A stretch of DNA of 64,000 nucleotides from a virus (Duplodnaviria > Caudoviricetes): positions 1 to 64,000 of the IMG/VR virus record IMGVR_UViG_3300012973_001074. The stretch is one strand, 5' to 3'. The notes below the pieces were generated by a model, which was not told where the DNA came from, ran no database searches, and saw nothing but the letters and a program-made list of their open reading frames with translations. This document shows, piece by piece, positions 1-9,595 of this stretch. How positions within the stretch are numbered: the stretch's first letter is position 1; the number at the start of each line of letters is the position of its first letter. The translations under genes and the position numbers were made by a program.

Positions 1-477
1 ATGCGAACTGGGGACGCACTCGATCTGCGTGGACTCGGTCACCGACTCCGGACGGTCCGAGAAGAGCGCGGTCTAGCTTCGACCCGTCTTGATGAGCTCG
101 CGCACGTTGGGCGCGGGAGCGTGCACCGCATCGAGAACGGCGACCGGCCAGAGCTCAGCCTCTCGGTGATCACGCGGATTGCCCACTACCTGAACGTCAG
201 CGTCGACTGGCTGGTCTGGGGCGACGAGCGCCGCAGCAGCGGCGTCATGGGACCTGCCGGTCTGGACGTCCCGACGGCGGGCTTCCTGATGCAGATCCAT
301 CGGCTCCCGGGCCTGCTCGCGTTCATCGAGGGCAAGGGCGCGAACATCCCGCTCCACGTGCTCGCCAAGGGCCTGAAGGTCCTGCGCGACCGGCCGGCAA
401 AGCTCGTCGCGAAGGACGGCTCGCCGAAGGAAGGCTGGCCCGCGTTCTTCGCCGAGGTCGCCAAGCAGCCCCCGTAG
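1..477 (+). CDS. XRE-family HTH transcriptional regulator (repressor-like)
   Basis: RLRTVREERGL...SVHRIENG...IAHYLNVSVDWLVWG is a typical HTH_3 pattern. Confidence 0.85.
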   Translation: MRTGDALDLRGLGHRLRTVREERGLASTRLDELAHVGRGSVHRIENGDRPELSLSVITRIAHYLNVSVDWLVWGDERRSSGVMGPAGLDVPTAGFLMQIHRLPGLLAFIEGKGANIPLHVLAKGLKVLRDRPAKLVAKDGSPKEGWPAFFAEVAKQPP

Positions 478-481
478 CGCT

Positions 482-985
482 CTACGCGCAGCGCTCGCGC
501 GCGAAGTGGTCCTCCTCGGACAGTACTTCAGTAAGTCGCGCCGTCACGGGCCCAGGCACCCGGCGCGTGTCCGAGCCGAGCACGGCCACGTGCACGCCGA
601 CGAGCCGGCGGACGACGAAGCGTATGCGCGCGCTGTCGATGCCGGTGCCGTTGAAGCATTCGATCATGAGCTCGCCGACGATGGCGGTGAGGGTCTCGCG
701 CGCGCGGCCGAAACGATCCGGCACGCCCGAGCCGAGCGGCGCCGCGCACAGCAGCGAATGCGCCTCCGACATCATGCGGCATGCGTCCCGGACGACGGCC
801 GAGCTAACGCCGAGCCCCTGGTCACACTCGACGGTCAGTCGGCCGATGACCGCAACCAGGCAGTCGCAGGCGGCTGCGTGGAGCGCGCCGTGTTCCCCTG
901 ACATTTCGCCCATATCAAGCACCCACCCAAGCTCTCGGAACACGAGGGACGCCGTCCGCGTCGCATCCGAATCCGCATAGTGCAC
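482..985 (-). CDS. hypothetical protein
   Basis: ORF convergent with the XRE gene; start uncertain. Confidence 0.45.
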   Translation of the reverse strand: MHYADSDATRTASLVFRELGWVLDMGEMSGEHGALHAAACDCLVAVIGRLTVECDQGLGVSSAVVRDACRMMSEAHSLLCAAPLGSGVPDRFGRARETLTAIVGELMIECFNGTGIDSARIRFVVRRLVGVHVAVLGSDTRRVPGPVTARLTEVLSEEDHFARERCA

Positions 986-1176
986 CGGTACATTTCGCTA
1001 CGCACTATGGCGAAGTTCCGCAGCCGTGAAGCGGTGTAATTCCGCGTGAGAGCGCCGCAAGTTTTCGTCACTCATCTGTCGGGCACCACCGAGAGCTCGG
1101 TGCGCGCTGAGCAAGAGTCCCTGTTCGAGGCGCGTTCTATTCCGACAAACCGTTGCTAAACAGCGACGTCGAGCGC

Positions 1177-1208
1177 GTCGCCAATTGACAACGTAGCCAA
1201 TTGGCGAC
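1177..1208 (+). promoter_or_regulatory. Putative operator overlapping a -35 box
   Basis: Perfect 11-bp inverted repeat GTCGCCAATTG-N10-CAATTGGCGAC, with TTGACA at 1185-1190, just upstream of the + strand operon. Confidence 0.65.
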
Positions 1209-1246
1209 ATGCTCCCGGACGTGTTCGACGGGAGCCACAGCGAGGG

Positions 1247-1594
1247 GTGCGTCTGATGGTCCGCGCGCGGCCGCAGCTAAAGCGCACCTTCGGGCGCGCG
1301 ATGCTCGCGACGGAGCGGCCCGCTCCGCCGTGGGGCGCGACGTGCCGGGTCTGCAATCGCGAGATCACGCACGGCGAGCCCGTGCTCTTTCGCTCGTGGG
1401 GCGTCGAATACGCGTGCGCTTCGTGCGGCTGGCTTCGGCCAGAAGAGCGCGAGCCGCACGTGCTCCAGGGTGGCGAGCTTCGGCGCGTCTTCTGGGAATG
1501 GGCATGTCCGAACTGCGGGCGCGACGTCATCGGTGAGTCGCAACCTGCGAGCGGTCAGGACCTTCGATGCCCCGGCTGCCTGAGAGCGGCCTGA
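1247..1594 (+). CDS. Zn-ribbon protein
   Basis: Several CxxC pairs (CRVC, CASC, CPNC, CPGC); ATG at 1256 is a likely start. Confidence 0.6.
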   Translation: MRLMVRARPQLKRTFGRAMLATERPAPPWGATCRVCNREITHGEPVLFRSWGVEYACASCGWLRPEEREPHVLQGGELRRVFWEWACPNCGRDVIGESQPASGQDLRCPGCLRAA

Positions 1595-1607
1595 ACGGAG
1601 GCAAACG

Positions 1608-1964
1608 GTGAACGATCTGGAGAAGCTCATTTCGACGCTCAAGGAGTCGACGACGCTCGCCGAGTCGCTCTTGCGCGAGCTCGAGGCGAGGGACGCCCAA
1701 AACGCTCGGCTCGTGTCGATCGTCGATGACCTCGGCGATGAGCTGTACGCGCTCGAACAGGTCATCCTCGAGGACTCCGAGAGTGTGACCGACGCCGAGC
1801 TCGACATGCTCGCGGCGCTCGCGATCGGCGCCGTTCCGACGAAGCCCACGCCTTCGCTCGTGACGCTGCAGGGCCTGCACCTCGTCACGTGCGAGGGCGG
1901 CGCCTGGAAGCTCACGCGCAAGGGCCGCGTCGTCGCGAAGTACCGCCAGCCGAGGGCCGCATGA
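1608..1964 (+). CDS. hypothetical protein (coiled coil plus possible winged helix)
   Basis: GGAGG RBS; C-terminal WKLTRKGR wing-like motif. Confidence 0.7.
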   Translation: MNDLEKLISTLKESTTLAESLLRELEARDAQNARLVSIVDDLGDELYALEQVILEDSESVTDAELDMLAALAIGAVPTKPTPSLVTLQGLHLVTCEGGAWKLTRKGRVVAKYRQPRAA

Positions 1965-2476
1965 CCGCGAACACGGGAGGGGGTGAAGTCGTGCTCTTGC
2001 AGGAGGCGATGTCGCGCGCCCTCGCGCGCGAGCTGGGCGTGTCGATCGATTTCATCGAGACATGCCGCGACATCGGCTTGACGGCGCCGCAGGCGAAGAC
2101 CTTGCTCCGCTGGTTTCTGACGAGGACGCCGAGCGAACGGCTCGTCGTGATGAAGGGCATGCTCCGCGACGTCACGCGGGCGCGCCCTTCGGCGAAGACT
2201 GCGATGAACGCAGCGAGCATCCCGGTCGAGCGACCGAGCGAGCCCGACCTCGACGAGCCGATCACGCGCGAAACGCTCGTGCTCGCGTGGCGAGCAACGC
2301 AGCGGCGCGCCGATGCGCTCGGCGCGATGCAGCTCACTCCTGCGGCGTTCGCCGGACAGCTCGTCGAGGCCTTCGACGGTGACATCGAAGGAGCGCTCGC
2401 GACGCTGCCGGACGCGATCGGACCGTTCTGGGGGACGGTGCGCACGTACCTGCAACAGCTCCGGAGGGCGCCGTGA
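1961..2476 (+). CDS. hypothetical protein
   Basis: ATGA overlap with the upstream gene. Confidence 0.65.
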   Translation: MTANTGGGEVVLLQEAMSRALARELGVSIDFIETCRDIGLTAPQAKTLLRWFLTRTPSERLVVMKGMLRDVTRARPSAKTAMNAASIPVERPSEPDLDEPITRETLVLAWRATQRRADALGAMQLTPAAFAGQLVEAFDGDIEGALATLPDAIGPFWGTVRTYLQQLRRAP

Positions 2477-2706
2477 ACGTCGCGCAGCTCCGGCCTCCGG
2501 CGGACGATCCGCGGGCGCAGCTCGCGCGGCTCATCCGCGAGCTGCGCGCGCTCATGCCGCGCCTGACGAGCGCTGCGAACGGGTGCGAAGGCACCGAAGC
2601 CGAGGCGATGGGCGCCGAGGCTCGGCTGCACGCCGCGCGGACGCACCTGAGCCAGGCGCTGAACGACTACTTCGATCTGACCGAACGGCTGGAGGGGCGA
2701 GGGTAG
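2473..2706 (+). CDS. hypothetical protein
   Basis: GTGA overlap and GGAGG RBS. Confidence 0.6.
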   Translation: MNVAQLRPPADDPRAQLARLIRELRALMPRLTSAANGCEGTEAEAMGAEARLHAARTHLSQALNDYFDLTERLEGRG

Positions 2707-2879
2707 GGCGGTGGCGACGCCCTACGTCGTGCGCGCGGAGCGCGGCGACCGACGAAACAGGACGACGCTCGTGCGCCACGTGCGCGGGTTCGGCCTCGCC
2801 GAGAGACACATGACGGCGCTCGCTCGCGAAGGGTGGAGCGTCAGGATCGAACGAGACTGGAACAGAAACGAGGAACGCA

Positions 2880-4049
2880 ATGCGTACGAACGGACGACCG
2901 AGTGTGATGGCCGCAGAGGCCGGTGAGCACGACGTGATCGAGGGCGATTTCGACGACATGCCGCGTGGTGGACGCGGCGGCGGCGGAGCGCTCGCGACTG
3001 TCCGTGCAGGCGCGGGCATGCAGCAGATCAAAACGCAGTACATGACCGCGATCCGCTGCGAGGTGCCCCGCGACCTCACGAAGGTGGTCGACAAGGTCGT
3101 GAAGGAGGCCGGGCTCGCCGGAGAGGACTTTCTCTACTCGTGGAGCCAGGGCGAAGGGAACAATCGCTCGATCATCGAGGGCGTCTCGATCGACGGCGCG
3201 ATGATCATGGCGCGCAACTACGGCAACTGCGTGCCCGAGGTCGACATCGTCGAGGAAGGTCCCGACCACTGGACGTTCCGCGCAACGTTCATCGACTTCG
3301 AGACCGGCGCGACGCTTCCGCGCCTGCTCCGGAAGTCCAAGAGCGGCGTGCGCGGGAAGATGGATCGCGAGCGGAAGCTCGATATCGCGTTTCAGATCGG
3401 CCAGAGCAAGGCGCAGCGGAACGTCATCGTCAAAGCGATGCCGACGTACCTCGTGAAGAAGGCGGTCGATGCCGCGAAGGCTGCAGCGGCCGCCGAGATC
3501 AAGGACCTGCCGAAGGCGATCGCCGACGCGACGGCGGCGTTCGCGGCGAAGTTCAAGGTCACGGCCGAACAGCTCGAGGGCTACCTCGGCGTGCCGAGGG
3601 ACCAGTGGAACAAGCTCGATGTCGTCCGCCTGCGCGCGACCTACCGCGCGCTCATCGATCGGCAAACCACGGTGGACGACGAGTTCCCGAGGCCGGGTCA
3701 GGAGCGAGCCGACGACGAGCCGCCGGCGGTGACGACGCCCGACAAGCAGGAGCCCGCGCAGCAGCAGCAGCAGCAGCAGCAGGGCGAGGTTCCGCCGCAG
3801 GAGACGAACATGTTCACGGGCGAGCCGAACGTGTCCCCGCAGCCGCAGCAGCAGGCCGCGCAGCCGGCGACGCAGCAGTCCGCCCAGCCGGCGGCGCAGC
3901 CCTCGGCGGACAAACCCGCGGAGGCGAAGCCGGCCGATCCGGTGCCGGAGCCGACGAAGGACGCGCCGAAGGCCGAGACGCCGAAGAGCGACAAGCCGAA
4001 GGGCGGTCTGAAGCTCAAGGGCGAGCGCGAGCCGGGCGGGGAGGGCTAG
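2880..4049 (+). CDS. Putative phage ssDNA-annealing/recombination protein
   Basis: Conserved-looking core (ARNYGNC, ATFIDFETG, IAFQIGQSKAQRNVI), disordered Q/P-rich tail, upstream of a nuclease and SSB; function inferred from context. Confidence 0.6.
   Translation: MRTNGRPSVMAAEAGEHDVIEGDFDDMPRGGRGGGGALATVRAGAGMQQIKTQYMTAIRCEVPRDLTKVVDKVVKEAGLAGEDFLYSWSQGEGNNRSIIEGVSIDGAMIMARNYGNCVPEVDIVEEGPDHWTFRATFIDFETGATLPRLLRKSKSGVRGKMDRERKLDIAFQIGQSKAQRNVIVKAMPTYLVKKAVDAAKAAAAAEIKDLPKAIADATAAFAAKFKVTAEQLEGYLGVPRDQWNKLDVVRLRATYRALIDRQTTVDDEFPRPGQERADDEPPAVTTPDKQEPAQQQQQQQQGEVPPQETNMFTGEPNVSPQPQQQAAQPATQQSAQPAAQPSADKPAEAKPADPVPEPTKDAPKAETPKSDKPKGGLKLKGEREPGGEG
3759..3782 (+). repeat. (CAG)8 poly-Gln microsatellite
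   Basis: Eight perfect in-frame CAG units. Confidence 0.95.
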
Positions 4050-4053
4050 GGCC

Positions 4054-5379
4054 ATGCGGCGCCTGCGCCTGTTCGGCACAAGCTCCGCGCTCCCGCGGCT
4101 TCTCCGCTGCTCGCCGTCCGACGCGCTCCCGCGCACGGACGAAGAGACCGAGGCGGCTAACGTCGGTTCGTGTGGCCACGAGCACATGCAAGAGCGCGCG
4201 GAGATCGGCGTCGATGCTGCCGTCGAGCGCCTTCCGTCGCTCATCAAGAAGTGGGGCCTCAGCGAGCGGGAGGGCGCGTTTCTCGAGGCGCGCCTGATGA
4301 AGTTCGAATGGTCGCCGCCGCCTCACTCGATCGGCGAGCTCGCCCTCGCCCTGTTCGAGGACGGACGCGTGGAGCGGACCGTCGGCGGAAGAGGGCGGTA
4401 CCCCGAGCTCGAGGCCGGAGGCCGGCTCGAAGGCGCCATCCTCGCCGGACAGCTCGACGTCATGTGGAGCGAACCCGAGCCGCTCGATCTGTCGGACCCC
4501 GCTCATCCGCGCTGCCCGCCAGGGTCGGTGCTCTGGGTGCCGGACTACAAGTTCGGGCTCGATGCCCACGTCGACCCGATCGAGGTCAACCTGCAGGCGC
4601 ACGCCAACGCGGTCATGGCCGCGAAGTGGACGGGCGCCCGCTTCGTCGTCCCAGCGGTCCTCTATGTGAAGCCGCCGAAAGGCGACTGGGACGCTCCGGC
4701 CACCGCCTGGGGGCCGAAGGACATCGCGGACGCGGAGGCTCGCGTCCGCAAGACGCTCGCCGCTCGGCGCGCGCAGATCGCGCGCATGCTCTGCGGCGAG
4801 GAACTCGACGGCTTCACCGAAGGCGAGTGGTGCACGTTCTGTCCGGGCATGCTCTCGTGCCCGGCCAAGGTCTCGATGATGCGCCTAACCGCGGGCCTCG
4901 CCGCGGCGGGCGCACCTCTCGACCTGACGGACGACGAGGCCGCGTGGTGGGCCGCGCGCCTTACGCTCATCGAGAGCCTGACGAGCCGCGCGCGCGAGCA
5001 CCTGAAGGCGCGCGTCATCCGCACCGGTCGCAACATCCCGCTCGGCAACGGGCTCGAATGGGGACCGGTGGAGGTCTCGCAGTCGCGCATCGTCCCGCAC
5101 GTCGCGCTGCCGATCATCCGGCAGGAGCTTGGGGACCTGAAGATCGACGACGTGACGAAGATCAGCCGAAAGGCGATCGAGGACGCTGTCCGCGAGGAGC
5201 ACCTGCGCCAGGGCATCAAGCGACAGCTGTCGAAGACGATGGGGCGAATCATGGGGAAGATCCGCGACGCCGGGGGGCTGGAGAAGGAGCCGGCGCAGCA
5301 GTTCAAGGCGCACCGCCCGACCGCACTGCTCGACGACGGGCTCGACCCGGACGACGCGGCGGAGGCCGCAGCCGAATGA
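4054..5379 (+). CDS. PD-(D/E)XK Cas4-like exonuclease (DUF2800-like)
   Basis: GQLDV...PDYKFG motif, LQAHANA, and C-terminal WCTFCP...CP Cys cluster. Confidence 0.75.
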   Translation: MRRLRLFGTSSALPRLLRCSPSDALPRTDEETEAANVGSCGHEHMQERAEIGVDAAVERLPSLIKKWGLSEREGAFLEARLMKFEWSPPPHSIGELALALFEDGRVERTVGGRGRYPELEAGGRLEGAILAGQLDVMWSEPEPLDLSDPAHPRCPPGSVLWVPDYKFGLDAHVDPIEVNLQAHANAVMAAKWTGARFVVPAVLYVKPPKGDWDAPATAWGPKDIADAEARVRKTLAARRAQIARMLCGEELDGFTEGEWCTFCPGMLSCPAKVSMMRLTAGLAAAGAPLDLTDDEAAWWAARLTLIESLTSRAREHLKARVIRTGRNIPLGNGLEWGPVEVSQSRIVPHVALPIIRQELGDLKIDDVTKISRKAIEDAVREEHLRQGIKRQLSKTMGRIMGKIRDAGGLEKEPAQQFKAHRPTALLDDGLDPDDAAEAAAE

Positions 5380-5726
5380 GCGGGGGGGTCGAAAAGGCGC
5401 GCCGCGAGCAGCGACGCGCCGAGAGCCTCGCGTGTGCCGTGCATGCCTTCCAGCGTCACGGAAAGGAGGCACAAGAGCTGCGCTCCGGGATCGAGACGAT
5501 CGTGAGCGGGATGTCCGCGAGCGCTGACGAGCTCTCGGGCGACGATGCGCGCGACCAGCTCGTCGGAGCGCGGCGCGCGCTGGAGAAGCTGCTCGACGAC
5601 GTCGATGCGCGCGATTCGCTCGCATACCTCGAACGCTGCGTTCCCGGGCCTTCGCCAATGCTGGTGCGTCACCTGGACCCGAAACGTCTCGTCAAAGCCT
5701 ACGGGCGAGCCAGGGGGCGAAAGTGA
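5376..5726 (+). CDS. hypothetical protein
   Basis: ATGA overlap; in frame with the track ORF 4170..5726. Confidence 0.6.
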   Translation: MSGGVEKARREQRRAESLACAVHAFQRHGKEAQELRSGIETIVSGMSASADELSGDDARDQLVGARRALEKLLDDVDARDSLAYLERCVPGPSPMLVRHLDPKRLVKAYGRARGRK

Positions 5727-6055
5727 TCCGCGTCGACGTGATTCGTACGAGTGGACGGGAAGAGGTCCACGAGGTGCCGCCGGGGATTGCGGCGATCAGG
5801 GCGATCCACACCCTCCTCAGCCGCGAGACCGTGGACGTCGTGAACGTTCGCGACGGACGGCTCATGGTCGTCGATGACGAGGCCTGGGAGTCGGAGACCG
5901 TCGTGCATCCGGGCGGCGCGATCGAGCTCGTGGCGCGGACGCCGCGCAAACCGATCAACGTGAAGGCGACGGCACTCTACCGAGCGGTGACGATGCCGAA
6001 CGACCATCAGATCGCCGTAGACGTGGCGATCGTCTTCGACGCGGACCTCGCCTGA
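5723..6055 (+). CDS. DUF3846-like phage protein
   Basis: MVVDDE...PINVKATALY...IAVDVAI pattern. Confidence 0.55.
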   Translation: MIRVDVIRTSGREEVHEVPPGIAAIRAIHTLLSRETVDVVNVRDGRLMVVDDEAWESETVVHPGGAIELVARTPRKPINVKATALYRAVTMPNDHQIAVDVAIVFDADLA

Positions 6056-6065
6056 GGAGAGCGCC

Positions 6066-6560
6066 ATGGCTGAAGGACTGAATCGAGTGATGCTGCTCGG
6101 GAATCTCGGCGGCGATCCGGAGCTGAGAGTGACGAACAGCGGGACGGCGATCCTGAAGATGCGGATCGCGACGACCGAGACGTACATGGATCGCAACAAT
6201 ACGCGCCAAGAGCGAACCGAATGGCACTCGGTCTCGCTCTGGGGCAAGCGCGGCGAGGCACTGTCGAAGTTCCTTCGTAAGGGCGATCGCATCTTTGTCG
6301 AGGGCAGCCTCCGTACGTCCAGCTACGAGAAGGACGGCGAGAAGCGGTACCGGACGGAGATCAACGCGATGAACGTGCTGCTCGCGGGAGGCCGGCGGAG
6401 CGGCGACGGCGACCAGCAAGAGACGCCGAGCAGCGGACGCGGCAGCAGCTCGCGCGTGGGAGACGGCCGCTCGCGTGCACCCGCGCGCGAGGCTCCGCCT
6501 GCGGATGACTACAGCGGGTTCGGCGACTACGGCGGCGGCGATGACGACATCCCGTTCTGA
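6066..6560 (+). CDS. ssb: Single-stranded DNA-binding protein
   Basis: LNRVMLLGNLGGDPELR, TEWH, VEGSLRT and the acidic DDDIPF C-terminus. Confidence 0.97.
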   Translation: MAEGLNRVMLLGNLGGDPELRVTNSGTAILKMRIATTETYMDRNNTRQERTEWHSVSLWGKRGEALSKFLRKGDRIFVEGSLRTSSYEKDGEKRYRTEINAMNVLLAGGRRSGDGDQQETPSSGRGSSSRVGDGRSRAPAREAPPADDYSGFGDYGGGDDDIPF

Positions 6561-6571
6561 GGGAGGGCGGA

Positions 6572-7021
6572 ATGCGAAGAGGAAAGGAGGGCACGCATGG
6601 CGCGCCGGTCGAAAGGCCGGGGCTCGCCGAGCAAAAAGAAGGCGAGTGCGCTCGTACCAGGCGGTCTGCAACATCCGTGAGTCACCCCGCTCCACAGGCT
6701 CCCGACCGGAGCGGGGTGACCACGATCAAGCTGTCGAAGGTGCAAGAGTCCTTGCTCTTCGAGGCCGCGGAGGCGACGCCGGGAGATGGCGTTCGCGTGC
6801 ACGGAGCCGGCATGCACCGGACTGCGCGTGTGCTACGGGATCTCGGGCTCGCGCGCGGCGAGATTCGCCTGCACGCGACCGACGAGGGCAAGGCGCTCGT
6901 CGCATCGTGGCGCTGCGCACGGTGCGGACACGCTGACTACCACTGCCCGGCGTCGGGCTGTAACCACGTCGGCGGCGACGGCGAGTGGTGTGACTGCGAG
7001 CAATTCGAGGCGCAGGGATGA
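6572..7021 (+). CDS. hypothetical Cys/His-rich protein
   Basis: C-terminal CARCGH...CDC cluster; true start may be the GTG near 6716. Confidence 0.5.
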   Translation: MRRGKEGTHGAPVERPGLAEQKEGECARTRRSATSVSHPAPQAPDRSGVTTIKLSKVQESLLFEAAEATPGDGVRVHGAGMHRTARVLRDLGLARGEIRLHATDEGKALVASWRCARCGHADYHCPASGCNHVGGDGEWCDCEQFEAQG

Positions 7022-7368
7022 CCGACGAAAACGACGACGCGAGCGGCGCGGAGATCATCGAGCTCGCGAACCATCAGGGCGTGGAGCCGAAGCTCCGCGT
7101 CATTCGCAAGACGGGCTGCTTCTGCACGCTCGTGTTCGACGAGCACGAGCGCACGGTGACTTGCAAGCTCTGCAATCGCGTGTGGGAGCCGTTCGAGGCG
7201 CTCGTCTACCTGGCGCGGACCTGGGTGCAGTACGCCGCGAATCGCGACTCGCTCAAACGCGAGATCGACCAGCTGCGGGACGACCGCGCTCGGCTCCGCC
7301 AGGACGTCGCGAACCTGAAGGCGCAGCGAAAGCGCGCCGCTCTCATCACCCCTTCGGGGAAGAGATGA
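7018..7368 (+). CDS. Zn-ribbon plus coiled-coil phage protein
   Basis: VTCKLC...PFEAL followed by a coiled coil; ATGA overlap. Confidence 0.7.
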   Translation: MTDENDDASGAEIIELANHQGVEPKLRVIRKTGCFCTLVFDEHERTVTCKLCNRVWEPFEALVYLARTWVQYAANRDSLKREIDQLRDDRARLRQDVANLKAQRKRAALITPSGKR

Positions 7369-7664
7369 ACGTGGGCCGCTACGGACAAGCCGACGCTGAC
7401 CGCCATCGCGTGAGCGCCCGGGTTCTCGACAGGCGCCGCCAGCGGGACCTCGACTTCCTCGCGCGCCTGCGCGAGCGCGTCGACGCTGGAGACGAGGAGA
7501 CGCTCTGGCTCTACGCGCTCACGTTCCTCGAGACGCTGCCCGAGGGCTGGCAGCTCGTCGCGGTGTACCGCTCGATTGCGAAGGTGCGCCGCGCCCAGGC
7601 CGAGGGCCGGCGCAGGTTCTGGCTCCGCGCTCGCGCGTTCCTTGCGGGAGGGCGTCGTGGCTGA
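7365..7664 (+). CDS. hypothetical protein
   Basis: ATGA overlap. Confidence 0.55.
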   Translation: MNVGRYGQADADRHRVSARVLDRRRQRDLDFLARLRERVDAGDEETLWLYALTFLETLPEGWQLVAVYRSIAKVRRAQAEGRRRFWLRARAFLAGGRRG

Positions 7665-7729
7665 GCGCTGGCAGCTTCCCAGAGTCGGCGCAGCGCCGGG
7701 TGTTGCTCGACATTCCGACCGGTCGCGCG

Positions 7730-7757
7730 TTGTCTTTCGGACACCGTGTCTTATACT
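7730..7757 (+). promoter_or_regulatory. sigma70-like promoter with operator in the spacer
   Basis: TTGTCT-N16-TATACT; palindrome GACAC-C-GTGTC at 7740-7750; GGAG RBS at 7765. Confidence 0.6.
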
Positions 7758-7776
7758 TAATGCTGGAGAACGAACG

Positions 7777-8085
7777 ATGCCGCCGTCAGTAGCAGTTTTG
7801 CCGACGCCGAGCGTCTGGAGAGGCGTCCGCCTGAAGGACTTCGAGGACGCGTACCTGGCCGCAGGGCTCGTCGTCGAGGTCGAGGCGGGACCGATCGGCG
7901 TGGTCGTGTACGGGGCATCGAAGCACGTTGTCTCGACCGTCGCGACTCACCTTGCCGAGTCTGCTCGCGCGCGCGACCCGCGTGCCGAGGTCGAATTCAT
8001 CGGGACGGACGAGGGGGAGCCGGCGGAGACCCGCTGGCACGCTGTCGTCACTTTCAACTGGGCAACGATGGGGTCAGCAACATGA
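7777..8085 (+). CDS. hypothetical protein
   Basis: Promoter and RBS upstream of ATG 7777. Confidence 0.65.
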   Translation: MPPSVAVLPTPSVWRGVRLKDFEDAYLAAGLVVEVEAGPIGVVVYGASKHVVSTVATHLAESARARDPRAEVEFIGTDEGEPAETRWHAVVTFNWATMGSAT

Positions 8086-8438
8086 TGGGCGAGATATTTG
8101 AGACACTGCGTCCTATAGTGTCGGACGTGGCAGCGAAGAAGAGAGCCGTGCCGATGGACGAGACGCCGACCAAGATGGGCAGGCCGATGGGCCTGCGCGG
8201 GCCGCTGCGCGAGCTCGCCGAAGCGCTCGGCGGCGTCGAGAAGCTCGCCAATGAGATCGGCATGACGGACCGAACCGTTCGCCGGTGGAGCGCGGGCATG
8301 ATCGTGCCGCCTCGGCCTGTGCGGCTTCTGCTTGCTGGGCTCGCACGCCATCACGGCATCACTCCGCCGTTCGACACGGGGGAGACCTGCGCGCGTCCGG
8401 CCTGGCTCGACGAGGACCCGGACGAAGCTGAGGTCTAG
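8082..8438 (+). CDS. Cro-like HTH DNA-binding protein
   Basis: LGGVEKLANEIGMTDRTVRRWSAG HTH; the true start may be about 8154. Confidence 0.7.
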   Translation: MMGEIFETLRPIVSDVAAKKRAVPMDETPTKMGRPMGLRGPLRELAEALGGVEKLANEIGMTDRTVRRWSAGMIVPPRPVRLLLAGLARHHGITPPFDTGETCARPAWLDEDPDEAEV

Positions 8439-8791
8439 TGCCGGAGCCTGGGCTTCCGCTCTTCGGCTTTCAGCCGTGGATGCGGATCGTCTGGCTCTGC
8501 AACAGACGGCATCGCGTCGACCGAGCGGTTTATCCGAAGCCGCCGTATTCGCGCGCGCCCTATGAAGCCCTGGGCATCCGCTGCGATGTCTGCGGCGCGC
8601 TGGCGAAGCGCTCCTGCACGGTGCCGACGCCGCACCATGACCATCCTGTCTGGGCATGGCCGCCGGGGACGAAGTGTCCTTGCTCGATCTGCAGGGCCGC
8701 GCGCGGTCGGTGCACGCGGGCGCTCTACGAGTTTCTGTCTGCGAAGGAGGTGGGCGATGGGGAAGAAGAGGGAGGTGACGAACACGACTGA
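8438..8791 (+). CDS. Cys-rich (Zn-finger-like) protein
   Basis: CDVC, CPCSIC motifs. Confidence 0.5.
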   Translation: MPEPGLPLFGFQPWMRIVWLCNRRHRVDRAVYPKPPYSRAPYEALGIRCDVCGALAKRSCTVPTPHHDHPVWAWPPGTKCPCSICRAARGRCTRALYEFLSAKEVGDGEEEGGDEHD

Positions 8792-9365
8792 GATGGTTCG
8801 TCGCGATCCGCTGTTCGGTATGGCGGCGACGGCCTTCGGGGGTGGCATCGAGGGTATGGAGGCTCGCGGCCAGAGAGAGTTCGTGGACTCCGACGTGCTG
8901 CCGGCCCACATGGGCGGCCGCGACAGTCGCGCGATCCTCGCCAGTGCCGGCGTCGTCCTCGGCGAGATGGTCGACGGGGATCCGCTCTTCCAGTACGCGA
9001 AGCTGCCAGCCGGCTGGACGAGGCGGCCGACGAACCATTCGATGTGGAGCGAGCTCGTCGATGGCAAGGGACGGGTGCGCGCGAGCATCTTCTACAAGGC
9101 TGCATTCTACGACCGCAAAGCACACCTGCGGCTCGCTCCGCGGTTCACGATCGAGAAGGAGTATCCGGACGAGCCGAGCTTCTCGTCGTCCCGCACGTTC
9201 GTCCGCGACGGCGAGCGCATCATCTTCGACGCGGGGTGGCATACGCACGACCCGGAGTCGGCGGCGTTCGTCGACCAGGGGCGTGAAGCGTGCGAGGCGT
9301 GGCTCCACGAGAACCGTCCCGGCTGGGACGACCTCGCGACGTGCTTCGACCGAGAGTGGCCGTGA
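8757..9365 (+). CDS. conserved phage hypothetical protein
   Basis: AGGAGG RBS; IEGMEARGQ...LPAGW...HSMWS...IFYKAAFYDRKA motif recalled from phage proteins. Confidence 0.75.
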   Translation: MGKKREVTNTTEMVRRDPLFGMAATAFGGGIEGMEARGQREFVDSDVLPAHMGGRDSRAILASAGVVLGEMVDGDPLFQYAKLPAGWTRRPTNHSMWSELVDGKGRVRASIFYKAAFYDRKAHLRLAPRFTIEKEYPDEPSFSSSRTFVRDGERIIFDAGWHTHDPESAAFVDQGREACEAWLHENRPGWDDLATCFDREWP

Positions 9366-9595
9366 ACGCGCTCTGGAACGCGAAGGGCCGGACGTGGTGG
9401 GCGTTCAAGCTGCCGGAGGCGACGAGCTATGCGCCGGGCGAGACGGAAGCCGAGGCGCGCGCCGTCTTGGCGAAGAACAGCTACCCGAACGCGCCCATTC
9501 ACGAGTGGCCGCTCGTCGGCCGACACTTCATCTCGCGCGACGTGCTCTCGCTCGAGCTCGTCGCCGGAAGAGTGCCGGCAGGAGAGCTGCCGTGA
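9362..9595 (+). CDS. hypothetical protein
   Basis: GTGA overlap. Confidence 0.55.
   Translation: MNALWNAKGRTWWAFKLPEATSYAPGETEAEARAVLAKNSYPNAPIHEWPLVGRHFISRDVLSLELVAGRVPAGELP

Noticed and set aside
3759-3782. (CAG)8 as a phase-variation switch
   Set aside because: An in-frame triplet in a disordered tail; length change would not switch expression.
4054-5379. Cas4-like gene as sign of a CRISPR-Cas system
   Set aside because: No repeat-spacer array or other cas genes; the context is phage recombination.
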